This document shows, in pieces, positions 1-9,765 of a stretch of DNA of 64,000 nucleotides. This stretch comes from Chloroflexota bacterium (GTDB lineage Bacteria; Chloroflexota; UBA6077; SHYK01), in assembly GCA_035652535.1 (NCBI GenBank), contig DASRDP010000013.1, forward strand, positions 6,016 through 70,015, written 5' to 3'. The notes beneath the pieces were generated by a model. It did not search any database and was not told the origin of the DNA. It saw only the letters and a program-made list of their open reading frames with translations. Numbering within the stretch: position 1 is the stretch's first letter; every line of letters begins with the position of its first letter. The translations under genes were made by a program, and so were the position numbers.

Positions 1-1616
1 GAAGCGGCGGGCAGGCGGCTGGCTCTGGCGCAGAGCCGCGCAAGGTGACGATCGCGATCCGTGGCGAGCCCCGGACGTTCAGTATCAAGATCGATTCTTC
101 TCCGTCGGTTCCGGGTGGAGCCGAGGTCGAGCAGCTCGTGAACGCCGGGCTGACCGTGACCGACAACGTCGGGGCCCTCCGCCCGCAGCTCGCCGAGGCG
201 GTGCCGACCGTGGAGAATGGATTGTGGAAGCTCTTCCCGGACGGCCATATGGAGACCACGTGGCGATTGCGCGCCGGCGCCTCGTGGCATGATGGGTCCC
301 CGGTCACGTCCGATGATCTTCGGTTCACCACAAGGGTCGTGCAGGACGGGGACCTGCCCGAGTTTCGCGACGCGCAGTTCGATCTGATCGAGTCGGTGTC
401 CGCTCCGGACAGCAGGACTGTCGTGCTCCGCTGGAAGCAGCCGTTCATTCAGGCGGACGCGATGTTTTCTCAGAACCTGGTGCTGCCCATGGCCCAGCAC
501 GCCCTGGAGCCCGCCTATCTTCGCGACAAAGCCTCATTCACCGACAGCCCGGCGTGGAGCCAGGAGTTCGTCGGCTCCGGACCCTTCAGGCTGCAGGAAT
601 GGGCGCAGGGCAGCCACATGCTGCTCGCCGCGTTTGATCAGTACGTCCTTGGCAGGCCCAAGCTGGACCAGATCGAGGTGCGATTCGTCGAGGATTCGAA
701 CACCTTCGCGGCGAATATGATGGCCGGCGCCGTCGACATGAACCTCGGAGCGCGGAATCTGTCGCTGGAACAGGCGCTGCAGGTGAAAGAGCACTGGTCG
801 GGCTCGATGGAGATCCGCTACCGTCAGCGCTTCGTGGCCCACCCGCAGTTCATGGACGCCAGCCCGTTCCTCATCAGCGACGTCCGGTTCCGCCGCGCCT
901 TGTACCACGCGTTGGACCGCCAGCAGATGTCGGACACACTCCTTCCGGGCGCAACGTCACCGGTTGCCCACTTCTTCCTCGACCCCAGCGAGCCCGAATT
1001 CAAAGAGCTGCAGTCCGCGGCGATCCGGTACGACTTCGATCAGCGGCAGAGCGCTCAGCTACTCGAGTCGCTGGGCCTGTCGAAGGGACCGGACGGGATG
1101 TATCACGGAGCAAATGGGGAAAAGGTGACCGTCGAGATCCGAACCGTCTCGACCGACATCAACACGAAGATCATGTACGCCATGGCCGACTTCTGGCAGA
1201 AGGCGGGGGTCGCCGTCGACCCGGTCGTCATCCCACCCCAGCGACAGCGCGATCTCGCCTGGCGCGCGACGTTTCCCGGTTTCGACATGGAGCGCCAGCC
1301 CAGCGACACCGAGCCGTTCAAATATCTTTACGCCAGCCAGTCGCGGGTGGCCGAGACCAACTACCTGGGCCGGAACTACTCCAGGTACATGAACCCCGCG
1401 CTCGATGCGATGGTCGACGCGTACTTCACCACGATCCCCTGGGACCAGCGAATGGACATCGGCCGAGACATCGTGCATCACATCACCGACCAGGTCGTCT
1501 GGATGGATCTCTTCTACGACGCAGAGCCGATGCTCGTGAGCGGCAGAGTCAGCCACGTCACCCCCGTGTCCCAGGGCGCGGTGGCGTGGAATGCGCAAGA
1601 GTGGGATTTGAACTGA
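1..1616 (+). CDS. ABC transporter substrate-binding protein, family 5 (DppA/OppA-like); 5' end truncated by window edge
   Basis: The reading frame is open back to position 1. The product aligns along its whole length with the paralogs at 13168..14898 and 37851..39608, sharing motifs such as LRPQLA..VP, LFPDG.M.T.W..RAG..WHDG.P.TSDDL, KPFIQADAMF and DVRFRRAL. Confidence 0.8.
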   Translation, partial: SGGQAAGSGAEPRKVTIAIRGEPRTFSIKIDSSPSVPGGAEVEQLVNAGLTVTDNVGALRPQLAEAVPTVENGLWKLFPDGHMETTWRLRAGASWHDGSPVTSDDLRFTTRVVQDGDLPEFRDAQFDLIESVSAPDSRTVVLRWKQPFIQADAMFSQNLVLPMAQHALEPAYLRDKASFTDSPAWSQEFVGSGPFRLQEWAQGSHMLLAAFDQYVLGRPKLDQIEVRFVEDSNTFAANMMAGAVDMNLGARNLSLEQALQVKEHWSGSMEIRYRQRFVAHPQFMDASPFLISDVRFRRALYHALDRQQMSDTLLPGATSPVAHFFLDPSEPEFKELQSAAIRYDFDQRQSAQLLESLGLSKGPDGMYHGANGEKVTVEIRTVSTDINTKIMYAMADFWQKAGVAVDPVVIPPQRQRDLAWRATFPGFDMERQPSDTEPFKYLYASQSRVAETNYLGRNYSRYMNPALDAMVDAYFTTIPWDQRMDIGRDIVHHITDQVVWMDLFYDAEPMLVSGRVSHVTPVSQGAVAWNAQEWDLN

Positions 1617-1688
1617 AGCTGAGCAGGGCGCCGCTGGGTGCGCGATGGATGCGTCCCCAGCGGCGCACGCGCGGATTGGGGAGGAGCC

Positions 1689-2957
1689 ATGCTGACGCGA
1701 GAAGAGAACGATGCCCTGACGCGGACGGGTCCCGGCACACCCGGAGGCGATTTCCTTCGGCGCTACTGGCAGCCAGTGGCCCTTTCCGAAGAGCTACCGG
1801 ATGGCGGCGCGCCGCTGCCGATCCGATTGCTGGGGGAGGACCTTGTCCTGTTTCGCTCTGAGGGCCGGATCGGGCTCCTTGCGCTCCATTGTCCGCACCG
1901 CGGCGCCGATCTCAGCTACGGCCGTCTGGAAGATGGAGGCCTCCGATGCATCTACCACGGGTGGCTCTTCGACGTTGGGGGGCGATGTCTCGATCAGCCA
2001 GGCGAACCCGCGGGCTCGACGTTTTTCGAGCGGATTCGTCATCGCGCCTATCCGTGCGTGGAGAAGGCGGGAATCATCCTTGCCTATCTTGGCCCGGGCG
2101 AGGCGCCAATCCTCCCTGCCTATGAGTTCCTCAACGCGCCAGATGGCTTCTACACGTCTAGCAAGGTGTTCCAGGATTGCAACTATCTTCAGGGCAACGA
2201 GGGGAACGTGGACCCGCAGCACCTCTCGTTCCTCCACCGCCTGTCGGTGCCCGGCGACGTGAACCAGACGCTGAACCGGCGCGTCACCGCGCCGTACATC
2301 GAGACGGAGGACACGAATTTCGGCGTGCGGATCTACGCGGTGCGCCGGGTTGACGACGAGCGCACGTACGTCCGCGTCACGAACTTCGTGTTTCCAAACT
2401 TCAGCGCCGTCGCCGGCGACAGCGAGGGGTACAGCGTCAACTGGCACGTGCCCATCGACGACACGCACCACTGGCGCTACGGGATCCGGTTCAATCGCGG
2501 CACGCCGCTCGCGCGCGGGCGCTGGGGGCAGACGGAGGTGGACGACACCTACCACATGATGCGAAACCGCGCGAATCGCTATCTTCAGGACCGGGAATCC
2601 ATGAAGACATGGGCGTTCAGCGGTCTCGGCAAGAACTTCGTCCTGCACGACACCTGCGCGACCGAGGGCGAAGGGCCGATCTTCGATCGGACGCAGGAGC
2701 ACCTGGGCTACACGGACCAGGCGATCATCGCCATGCGCCGCCGCATGCTCGCCGCTGTGCGCGACGTGGAGGAAGGGCGAGACCCGCCCCACGTGATCCG
2801 GGACCCCGCGGCAGCCGCCGACTTCGACATCTTCGTGCGCAACGACGTGGTGCTGCCCAGCTCTCTCGATTGGCACAACTACTGGCGGGACGAATCGACC
2901 CTGCGCGCCCTTGCGAGCACGCGTGAGGGCAAGTCCTCCGCGATTGTTGGCGCGTGA
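1689..2957 (+). CDS. Rieske [2Fe-2S] non-heme-iron ring-hydroxylating oxygenase, alpha subunit (phthalate-dioxygenase-like)
   Basis: It carries the Rieske motif CPHRG...CIYHGW and the N-terminal LTREEND.LTRTGPGTP..FLRRYWQP box. A mononuclear-iron D..H....H motif (DPQHLSFLH) is present. The internal ATG at 1689 sits 3 nt after a GGAGGAG ribosome-binding site. Confidence 0.85.
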   Translation: MLTREENDALTRTGPGTPGGDFLRRYWQPVALSEELPDGGAPLPIRLLGEDLVLFRSEGRIGLLALHCPHRGADLSYGRLEDGGLRCIYHGWLFDVGGRCLDQPGEPAGSTFFERIRHRAYPCVEKAGIILAYLGPGEAPILPAYEFLNAPDGFYTSSKVFQDCNYLQGNEGNVDPQHLSFLHRLSVPGDVNQTLNRRVTAPYIETEDTNFGVRIYAVRRVDDERTYVRVTNFVFPNFSAVAGDSEGYSVNWHVPIDDTHHWRYGIRFNRGTPLARGRWGQTEVDDTYHMMRNRANRYLQDRESMKTWAFSGLGKNFVLHDTCATEGEGPIFDRTQEHLGYTDQAIIAMRRRMLAAVRDVEEGRDPPHVIRDPAAAADFDIFVRNDVVLPSSLDWHNYWRDESTLRALASTREGKSSAIVGA

Positions 2958-3047
2958 GATGCGCGGGCCGCCGTCGCGAGCAGTGGGCGCCAAGGGCGTG
3001 TAGAATGCGAGCACATGGGCGGCGCCGCCGCCTCCGGAGGTTAGGCT

Positions 3048-4055
3048 ATGGCAAAGGTCGTCTTAGGCATTGGCAGCTCCCATGCTCCGCAGCTCGCTCT
3101 GCCGCCGGAGGAGTGGTGGCGGCGCGCCGAGGCGGACAAGAACAACCCCGCGTTGTGGTTCCACGGCAAGACGTATCGGTTCGACGAGCTGGTGGAAGAG
3201 CGCGCGGCCAGCCACTTCGAACAGGAGCTTTCGCCGGAAACGGCGCAGCATCGATTCAACACGTGCCAGCAAAGCATCGAGGTCTTGGCGCGCACGCTGG
3301 AGGAGGTGAACCCGGACGTCGCGGTCATCCTGGGCGACGATCAGGAAGAATGCTTCCTCGAGGACAACATGCCCGCGCTCTGCGTGTACTGGGGAGAGAC
3401 GATTGACACGGTTCCGCCGCCCCCGAACCGGATCGGCGGCGAATACGGCGCCTCGCGCCCCGAGCTGAGCCGCTATCCCGCCCAGCGCACGGCGAATCCC
3501 TGCCAGCCGGCTCTCGGGCGCCACATTATCGACTGTCTCATCGAGGAGCATTTCGACCCGGCTCACTCGCGCCGCCTGCCCGGCGGGAAGCACGGCGATC
3601 ACGGCGTCGGCCACGCCTTCAGCTACGTGTATCGGCGTCTGATGAAGGACGAGGTCATCCCCAACGTTCCCATTTTCCTCAACACCTACTACCCACCCAA
3701 CCAGCCGACGCTGAAACGGTGCTACGCGCTCGGCAAGGCCCTGCGGCGCGCCATTGAGTCTTGGGAGGAGGACGCGACCGTCGCGCTAATCGCCTCCGGC
3801 GGGCTCAGTCACTTCGTCATCGAAGAGGACTTGGACCAGAATATCGTCGCCGCGCTGAAGGCGAAGGACGGCGATTCCCTCACGAGTTTTCCCGTCGAGT
3901 ACTTCAACTCCGGCACGTCCGAGATTCGAAATTGGATCGTGGTGGCCGGGGCGCTGGAGGAGACGGACCTCAACATGGAGCTGATCGACTACGTGCCCTG
4001 CTACCGGTCCCTGGCCGGCACGGGCTGCGCCATGGGCTTCGCCCGCTGGGTCTAA
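3048..4055 (+). CDS. class III extradiol ring-cleavage dioxygenase, LigB family (protocatechuate/gallate 4,5-dioxygenase-like)
   Basis: The N-terminus (VLGIGSSHAP) is typical of LigB catalytic subunits. A GGAGG ribosome-binding site lies 9 nt upstream, and the product is about 335 aa as expected. Confidence 0.8.
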   Translation: MAKVVLGIGSSHAPQLALPPEEWWRRAEADKNNPALWFHGKTYRFDELVEERAASHFEQELSPETAQHRFNTCQQSIEVLARTLEEVNPDVAVILGDDQEECFLEDNMPALCVYWGETIDTVPPPPNRIGGEYGASRPELSRYPAQRTANPCQPALGRHIIDCLIEEHFDPAHSRRLPGGKHGDHGVGHAFSYVYRRLMKDEVIPNVPIFLNTYYPPNQPTLKRCYALGKALRRAIESWEEDATVALIASGGLSHFVIEEDLDQNIVAALKAKDGDSLTSFPVEYFNSGTSEIRNWIVVAGALEETDLNMELIDYVPCYRSLAGTGCAMGFARWV

Positions 4056-4086
4056 CGCGCCGCAATTGAGTTTTGGTGGAGGAGTC

Positions 4087-4623
4087 GTGAGCCGCTTGCC
4101 CGCTCCAACCCGCGATTCGCTGAACGCGGATGCCCAGGCGATTTGGGACCGCATCGCCGCTGCCCGAACCGGCGGCATGCGCGGGCCCTCGTCGATCCTC
4201 ATGAACATCCCGACACTGGCGGATCGCGTCGATCGAATCGAGGAGTACTTTCGAAACCAGGCGGAGCTGCCGGCGCCCGACCGCGAGCTCATCATTCTCG
4301 CCACCGTCCGAGAGATGGGCGCCCGGTTCGCATGGGCTCGCCATGAAGTTCGCGCGCAGAACGCCGGCACGCGGAAGGAGGCGGTCGAGGTCCTCCGCCA
4401 GCAGGGGCCGACGGACGCGCTAACGCCGCGAGAGCGGGTGATCGTCGACACCGTCCGGACCCTGAGCCGGACGAAGTCGCTTCCGAAAGAGCAGTTCGAC
4501 CAGGCGCTGAAGGCGCTGGGCCAGCGCCAGCTCATCGAGCTGGTCACGCTGATGGGCCAGTACAGCCTCATCGGCTTTGTGATCCAGGCCTTCGAGATCC
4601 CCGAGGAGAGCCCGACCTTTTAG
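4087..4623 (+). CDS. carboxymuconolactone decarboxylase (CMD/AhpD-like) family protein
   Basis: It has an all-alpha CMD-like composition. A GTG start at 4087 is preceded by GGTGGAGGAG, and the gene is co-oriented directly downstream of the LigB gene. Confidence 0.7.
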   Translation: MSRLPAPTRDSLNADAQAIWDRIAAARTGGMRGPSSILMNIPTLADRVDRIEEYFRNQAELPAPDRELIILATVREMGARFAWARHEVRAQNAGTRKEAVEVLRQQGPTDALTPRERVIVDTVRTLSRTKSLPKEQFDQALKALGQRQLIELVTLMGQYSLIGFVIQAFEIPEESPTF

Positions 4624-4645
4624 GCGCGCACCGACGCGCGACGCG

Positions 4646-7600
4646 TCACGTCTTCGCGACGGGAGTGGGTGACACGCCCCGCCCAGCGCTCGATCGGGCC
4701 TCCACGTCGGATTCCGCGGCGAGATAGGCCGCCTGGAGCGCGTCGCGGAGATCGGGGGACGGGTCGCGCCAAAGACGCCGGTCCATCGCCTCGAGCAGGC
4801 GCGCCGCGATGTCCCGGAGCGCCCACGGGTTCGCGTCCCGCAAGAACCGCTGCGTCTCGCCGTCCAGCGCGTACGCCTGGGCGACGCGCGCGTACATCCA
4901 GTCGGCGACGACGCCGGCCGTCGCATCGTAACCGAAGAGATAGTCGACCGTCGCGGCCAGCTCGAGCGCGCCCTTGTAGCCATGTCGCCTCATCGACGCG
5001 ATCCACTTCGGATTCGCGACTCGCGTCCGGAAGACGCGCGCCGACTCCTCGCGAAGGTCGCGGACGCGCGGGCGCTGGGGGTCGGCGCTATCCCCGAAAT
5101 ACCGACGCGGGTTCACGCCCGACACCGCGCGGATGGCGGCGATCATGCCGCCGTGGTACTGGAAATAGTCGTCGGAGTCGAAGATGTCGTGCTCCCGGTT
5201 GTCCTGGTTCTTCACGGCGGCGTCGACCGATGCAAGGGAGGCGCGGAACTCGGCCCGCGCGTCCACCCCGTCCACGTCGACTCCATACGCGAACCCGCCC
5301 CAGTTCACGTAGACCTCGGCGAGGTCCGCGTCTGTCTGCCAGTTGCGCTCGTCGATCAACGGAAGGATGCCCGCTCCATAGGCCCCCGGAGGTGATCCGA
5401 AGACGCGGTACGCGGCCCGGCGCGCCGCCTCCTCCGGGCTGGCGCCGCCGCCCACCAGACGTTCCGTCTGCGCCAGGACGTGCCTTCGGACGGCATTCTG
5501 TTCGACCGGCTCGTCCAGCGCGGCAACCGTGCGGAACGCCCGATCCAGGAGCGCGATCAGATCGGGGAACGCGTCCCGGAAGAAGCCCGAGATCCGGCAG
5601 ACGACGTCGATGCGGGGGCGCCCCAGCTCATCGAGGGGAATCACGTCGAAGCCGACCAGGTGGCGACTCTCGGGCTGCCAGCGCGGCCGTACCCCGATGA
5701 GCGCCATGACCTCCGCGACGTCGTCGCCGTGGGTGCGCATCAGACTCGTCCCCCAGACCGAGATGCCGACCGACTCCGGGTATCGTCCCTCCTCGTCCAG
5801 ATGGCGACGGAGCAGCTCGTCGGCGAGCTGGCTCCCGACGGTCCACGCGGCGAGGCTCGGCAAGCTGCGCGGGTCCACCGTGAAGAAATTTCGGCCCGTT
5901 GGCAGGACGTGCGCCATGCCCCGGGTTGGCGCGCCGCTGGGCCCCGGGGGCACATGCTCGCCCTCCAGAGCACGAAGAAGGTTCTCGATCTCCTCATCCG
6001 TCCGTCGGAGATTGGGCACGAGCGTTTCGCACGCGAAGCGCAGCGTCGTCGCGATGGACGCCGCGGCGCTATCCGCCCCGCGAGCCTCGTCGCCGCCGAG
6101 GGCCTGGGGACGCGCGCGCATGACGCCACCAAGCGAAGCGTGCATCGTGGGCTCGATGGCGCCGGGGTTGAACTCAGCCGCGGCAAGCGCCTCGAGGAGC
6201 CGTCGCCCGATCAGATCGATCGCTTCGAGCACGTCCGCATTCGTGGGAAGGGCCCGCCCGACAGCTGCCTCGAGATCGGCAATGGGAGACGGGCTTCCAT
6301 CGCCGCGTCGACGCTGCTCGAGGTCGCCTGGGTCCGTCGCGGGGCCAGGTTGCGACGATTCGGGGCGGGGCCACGCGACTCGGGCGCCCAGGTCGCTGAG
6401 GACGTGCGCGAGGTCGAGCCCGAACCACCGGGCGACTCCGTCGCGCAAGCTCGGGACCCCTGCGTTGGGCAAACGCACCAAGGCGAGGAGGGTATCGATG
6501 AGCTGCGCGCCCGCCGGCGGCTGACCGAGGGTGTGAAGTCCGTCGCGAATCTGCGCGCTCGTCAATTCACACAGGTAGCCGTTGACGTTTTCGATGAGGT
6601 GGGCGAAGTCCCGGGCGCCCATGTCGGAGATGGTATAGGGCACGCCGTCCTCGTGGGCCTGCGGGTCCCAGGGGTGCGTGTGGGTGGCGGAGTCCCGATT
6701 CAGCAGCAGCGCCAGATCCGAATCGAGCCGCGCGCGCTTGATGAGATCCCAGATCTGCTGCTGAAGGAGCGGCAGCTTTTCGGGGTCGAGCTGCTCGAGC
6801 TGGTAGTACTCGTCGACGAGACGGCTCAGCTCCTCGACCTCGCCGTATCCTTCCGCCGTCGTCATCGGCGGCGTGAGATGGTCCACGAGCACCGCGTGGG
6901 CGCGCCGCTTCGCCTGCGCCCCCTCACCTGGGTTGTTGATGATGAAGGGATAGACGAGCGGCAGGTCGCCGAGCATGAGGTCCGGGTAGCACGCGCTGGA
7001 GAGCCCGACGCTCTTCCCCGGAAGCCATTCGAGGGTACCGTGCTTGCCCACGTGGACCATCGCATCTGCGCCCCATCCGCCGTTGTCGATGGACTCGCTC
7101 AGCCATCGATAGAGCGCGAGATAGGGATGCGGCGGGGGGAGGTCCGGCGCGTGATAAATGGCGGACGGATCCATGCCGTACCCTCGAGGAGGCTGGATCG
7201 CCACAAAGACGTTTCCGCAGACGAGGCCCGCGAGGGCAATGCGCTCGCCGTCGACGTAATACGCGCCCGGCGGTGGCCCCCACTGGTCAGTCGTCTCGGC
7301 CCGGCGATTTTCGGGTAGTTCGGCGATCCAGCGCGCGTGCGTCGCCGCGGCCACGTGAACCGGCATATGGCGGAGCTGGTCCGCGGTGAGCACCTCGCGA
7401 TCGTACGACCCCCGCTCGATGAGCTGGTGCAACAGGGCATCGCCCGATTCCGGAAGCTCGCCCACCGAATAGCCCGCCTGCCGCATCGCTTCGAGGATCC
7501 GGAGGACCGAGGCGGGCGTGTCGAGCCCCACCGCGGCGCCAACGCGCGATGCTTTGGCGTTGGCGTTCGTGATGATCACGGCGATCCGCTTTTCCTTCCT

Positions 7601-9139
7601 CGGCTTGCGCCGGAGCGCCGCGATCCGCAAAGCGAAGCCGACCGCGCGCACGACGCCGTCGTGATTGGGCCCGTAGAGCTGACCTGGTGACTCAATCGCC
7701 CCGCCGCTGAGGGTCGGTGGATGCACTTTGAAGCTCACCGGCGGGCCGATGATCCGTCCGTCTAGCTCCGGGATAGCCACGTTCATGGCCGTGTCGACCG
7801 GGGAGAGGCCGCGCGTCGAATCCTCCCACTGGTCGCGCCAGGTCGAGGCGGCGACGGCCTGTACCACCGGCGCGCCGAGCGTCGCGAATGGGTCCGCCGC
7901 GCTCGCCGTGTGATCCGCAACGCCAGCGGCGAAGCTCGTCGTCGTCAGGAGAACGTCGATGGATGCGCGCCCGTCTTCCAAGAAGTAGCGGAGCGCGGCT
8001 GGGACGCGCCCGACCTCCTCATCCGTCTCGTCTCCGTCATCCTGGAGTGAGGAGGTGAAAACGGCGATGGCGCGGGCGCCCCGCCGCTCAACCTCGCCAA
8101 TCAGCGCATCGACGAACTCGGTGTTTCCAGACAGGGCGTGGGATCGATAGAAGAGGATTCCGACCACGGGAGCGCCGGGTGTCCCGCCGTCTTCGTCCGG
8201 CGACCGGTAATAGACGCCGTGGCGTGGCTGTGGCTCCGGCGGGTCATAGCCAAAGCCCGTGGTCAACAGGTGATCGCTGAGGAAGCGGAGCATGTGCTCC
8301 GCGTTCTTCAGCCCGCCGAGCTGGAGATACGCCAGCGCTTCGTGTGCGACGGGGGCGCCGACGTTCGAGGCGGCCGTCAGCTCCGGATCGAGCGTACTGG
8401 TTCCGGGAAGGCAAACCAGCCATTGGTCGTCCTCGCCGGCCCGCTCCACCACGCGCTCGAATCCGCCCCGGAAGCTCGATCTCCCACCCAGCAGCCGAAG
8501 GATGACCACGTCGGCGCCCGGCACCACGGCATCCACGAACGCTCGCGCGTCTGCTTCATCCTTCAGATGGGCGATGTTGAACCCGCGAACCGCGGGGAAC
8601 TCGGGTCCGAGGGACGGGACGACCCGCGACAAGGCGAGAAGGTCGGTGTCCGCGTGCGTCAGGAAGACAAACCCGCCGGGGCCGTCGCCCGCCGCGTGCG
8701 ACGCCACCATGGGGTGCGCGTGGCCATCGGCGTCCCAGCCGAAGGCGTTGAACTGAAGATGGGCCAGCTCCGGCGGGGGGGGCAGATAGGCCTGCGCGGC
8801 GACCATGCTCTCGATGTAGTCGTAGAGATCCAGAACCAGCCGCTCGCTATTGAACGACTGAAACCAGATAGGCCGACCGTCGAACAGCAGCATGACGACG
8901 TTCGCCAGGGTGCAGGGCCCCAGGCAGCCACCGATGGAGAGGTGCACGTGCGGCCGGAGGCGTCGCCGCTCCCACTCGGCGTGGTACAGGTCGGTGGGGA
9001 CCGGCGCCGCGCCGTGGACCGTGTCGCCGCAGCAGCACCCCATGGCGCAAACGAAGAGCTGACCGCGCTTGCGCGCGACGTTGACGAGCTTGCCATCCGA
9101 CCGGGTGACCAGATTCCGCACGATGCGGCGCTGGGTCAA
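4646..9139 (-). CDS. cobN: cobaltochelatase subunit CobN with N-terminal fused thioredoxin-like [2Fe-2S] ferredoxin domain
   Basis: At about 1497 aa it is a CobN/Mg-chelatase-H family protein lying directly downstream of cobO. The N-terminal roughly 140 aa (QLFVCAMGCCCG ... IGGCLGPCTLANVVMLLFDGRPIWFQ) match the C-x3-C...C-x3-C thioredoxin-like ferredoxin pattern. It has a TTG start that overlaps the cobO stop (TTGA). Confidence 0.8.
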   Translation of the reverse strand: MTQRRIVRNLVTRSDGKLVNVARKRGQLFVCAMGCCCGDTVHGAAPVPTDLYHAEWERRRLRPHVHLSIGGCLGPCTLANVVMLLFDGRPIWFQSFNSERLVLDLYDYIESMVAAQAYLPPPPELAHLQFNAFGWDADGHAHPMVASHAAGDGPGGFVFLTHADTDLLALSRVVPSLGPEFPAVRGFNIAHLKDEADARAFVDAVVPGADVVILRLLGGRSSFRGGFERVVERAGEDDQWLVCLPGTSTLDPELTAASNVGAPVAHEALAYLQLGGLKNAEHMLRFLSDHLLTTGFGYDPPEPQPRHGVYYRSPDEDGGTPGAPVVGILFYRSHALSGNTEFVDALIGEVERRGARAIAVFTSSLQDDGDETDEEVGRVPAALRYFLEDGRASIDVLLTTTSFAAGVADHTASAADPFATLGAPVVQAVAASTWRDQWEDSTRGLSPVDTAMNVAIPELDGRIIGPPVSFKVHPPTLSGGAIESPGQLYGPNHDGVVRAVGFALRIAALRRKPRKEKRIAVIITNANAKASRVGAAVGLDTPASVLRILEAMRQAGYSVGELPESGDALLHQLIERGSYDREVLTADQLRHMPVHVAAATHARWIAELPENRRAETTDQWGPPPGAYYVDGERIALAGLVCGNVFVAIQPPRGYGMDPSAIYHAPDLPPPHPYLALYRWLSESIDNGGWGADAMVHVGKHGTLEWLPGKSVGLSSACYPDLMLGDLPLVYPFIINNPGEGAQAKRRAHAVLVDHLTPPMTTAEGYGEVEELSRLVDEYYQLEQLDPEKLPLLQQQIWDLIKRARLDSDLALLLNRDSATHTHPWDPQAHEDGVPYTISDMGARDFAHLIENVNGYLCELTSAQIRDGLHTLGQPPAGAQLIDTLLALVRLPNAGVPSLRDGVARWFGLDLAHVLSDLGARVAWPRPESSQPGPATDPGDLEQRRRGDGSPSPIADLEAAVGRALPTNADVLEAIDLIGRRLLEALAAAEFNPGAIEPTMHASLGGVMRARPQALGGDEARGADSAAASIATTLRFACETLVPNLRRTDEEIENLLRALEGEHVPPGPSGAPTRGMAHVLPTGRNFFTVDPRSLPSLAAWTVGSQLADELLRRHLDEEGRYPESVGISVWGTSLMRTHGDDVAEVMALIGVRPRWQPESRHLVGFDVIPLDELGRPRIDVVCRISGFFRDAFPDLIALLDRAFRTVAALDEPVEQNAVRRHVLAQTERLVGGGASPEEAARRAAYRVFGSPPGAYGAGILPLIDERNWQTDADLAEVYVNWGGFAYGVDVDGVDARAEFRASLASVDAAVKNQDNREHDIFDSDDYFQYHGGMIAAIRAVSGVNPRRYFGDSADPQRPRVRDLREESARVFRTRVANPKWIASMRRHGYKGALELAATVDYLFGYDATAGVVADWMYARVAQAYALDGETQRFLRDANPWALRDIAARLLEAMDRRLWRDPSPDLRDALQAAYLAAESDVEARSSAGRGVSPTPVAKT

Positions 9140-9765
9140 AACTCGATCCCCGGTTGCGCTTTGATCCCAGACTGGTATGGATGCTTGATCTCGCGCATCT
9201 CCGTCACCAGATCGGCAAATTCGATCAGCTCTGGCGGCGCGTCCCGGCCGGTGATGATCACGTGCTGGCCCTCTGGTCTAGTCCGGAGCACGCCGATGAC
9301 TTCCTGGACGTCGAGCCAGCCGAATTTGAAGCAGTACGTCATCTCGTCCATGATGACGATATCGTACTGCCCGCTCTCGATGCGCTCGCGGCACTGGCGC
9401 CAGCACTCCTGCGCCAGCGCGCGATCGCGATCGATGTCTTTGCTGGTCCAGGTGAAGCCGTCGCCGAGGGGGATGATCTCGACGCCCATCTTGCGCGCAG
9501 CCCGAATCTCGCCCCAATTCGCCGTCTTCGCCTTGATGAATTGGAGCATGACGACCGGCATCCCGCGCCCCCACGCGCGGAGGAGGACGCCCAAGGCGGC
9601 CGTGGTCTTTCCCTTGCCATTCCCCGTATTGACGAGCACGAGCCCTTTCGCGCGACGATTCGGATGCGCCCGGACGGCCGCTTGCTCTTCCCGTTTTCGG
9701 GCGCGGCCGGTGTCCGAGAGGTCGTCGAGAGGCGCATCCGGGCGCGCGCCGATCTCGGGGCTCAT
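9136..9765 (-). CDS. cobO: cob(I)yrinic acid a,c-diamide adenosyltransferase (CobO/BtuR)
   Basis: It contains the P-loop VNTGNGKGKTTAALG that is typical of CobO. Its ATG overlaps the upstream gene's stop as ATGA. Confidence 0.9.
   Translation of the reverse strand: MSPEIGARPDAPLDDLSDTGRARKREEQAAVRAHPNRRAKGLVLVNTGNGKGKTTAALGVLLRAWGRGMPVVMLQFIKAKTANWGEIRAARKMGVEIIPLGDGFTWTSKDIDRDRALAQECWRQCRERIESGQYDIVIMDEMTYCFKFGWLDVQEVIGVLRTRPEGQHVIITGRDAPPELIEFADLVTEMREIKHPYQSGIKAQPGIEF

Noticed and set aside
4669-7318. Long plus-strand ORFs (4669..5700, 5480..7318, 5529..6524) antisense to cobN
   Set aside because: Their translations are extremely Arg/Pro/Ser/Gly-rich, typical of out-of-frame or antisense reading in a high-GC genome. 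They have no domain signatures. The opposite strand encodes a convincing CobN.
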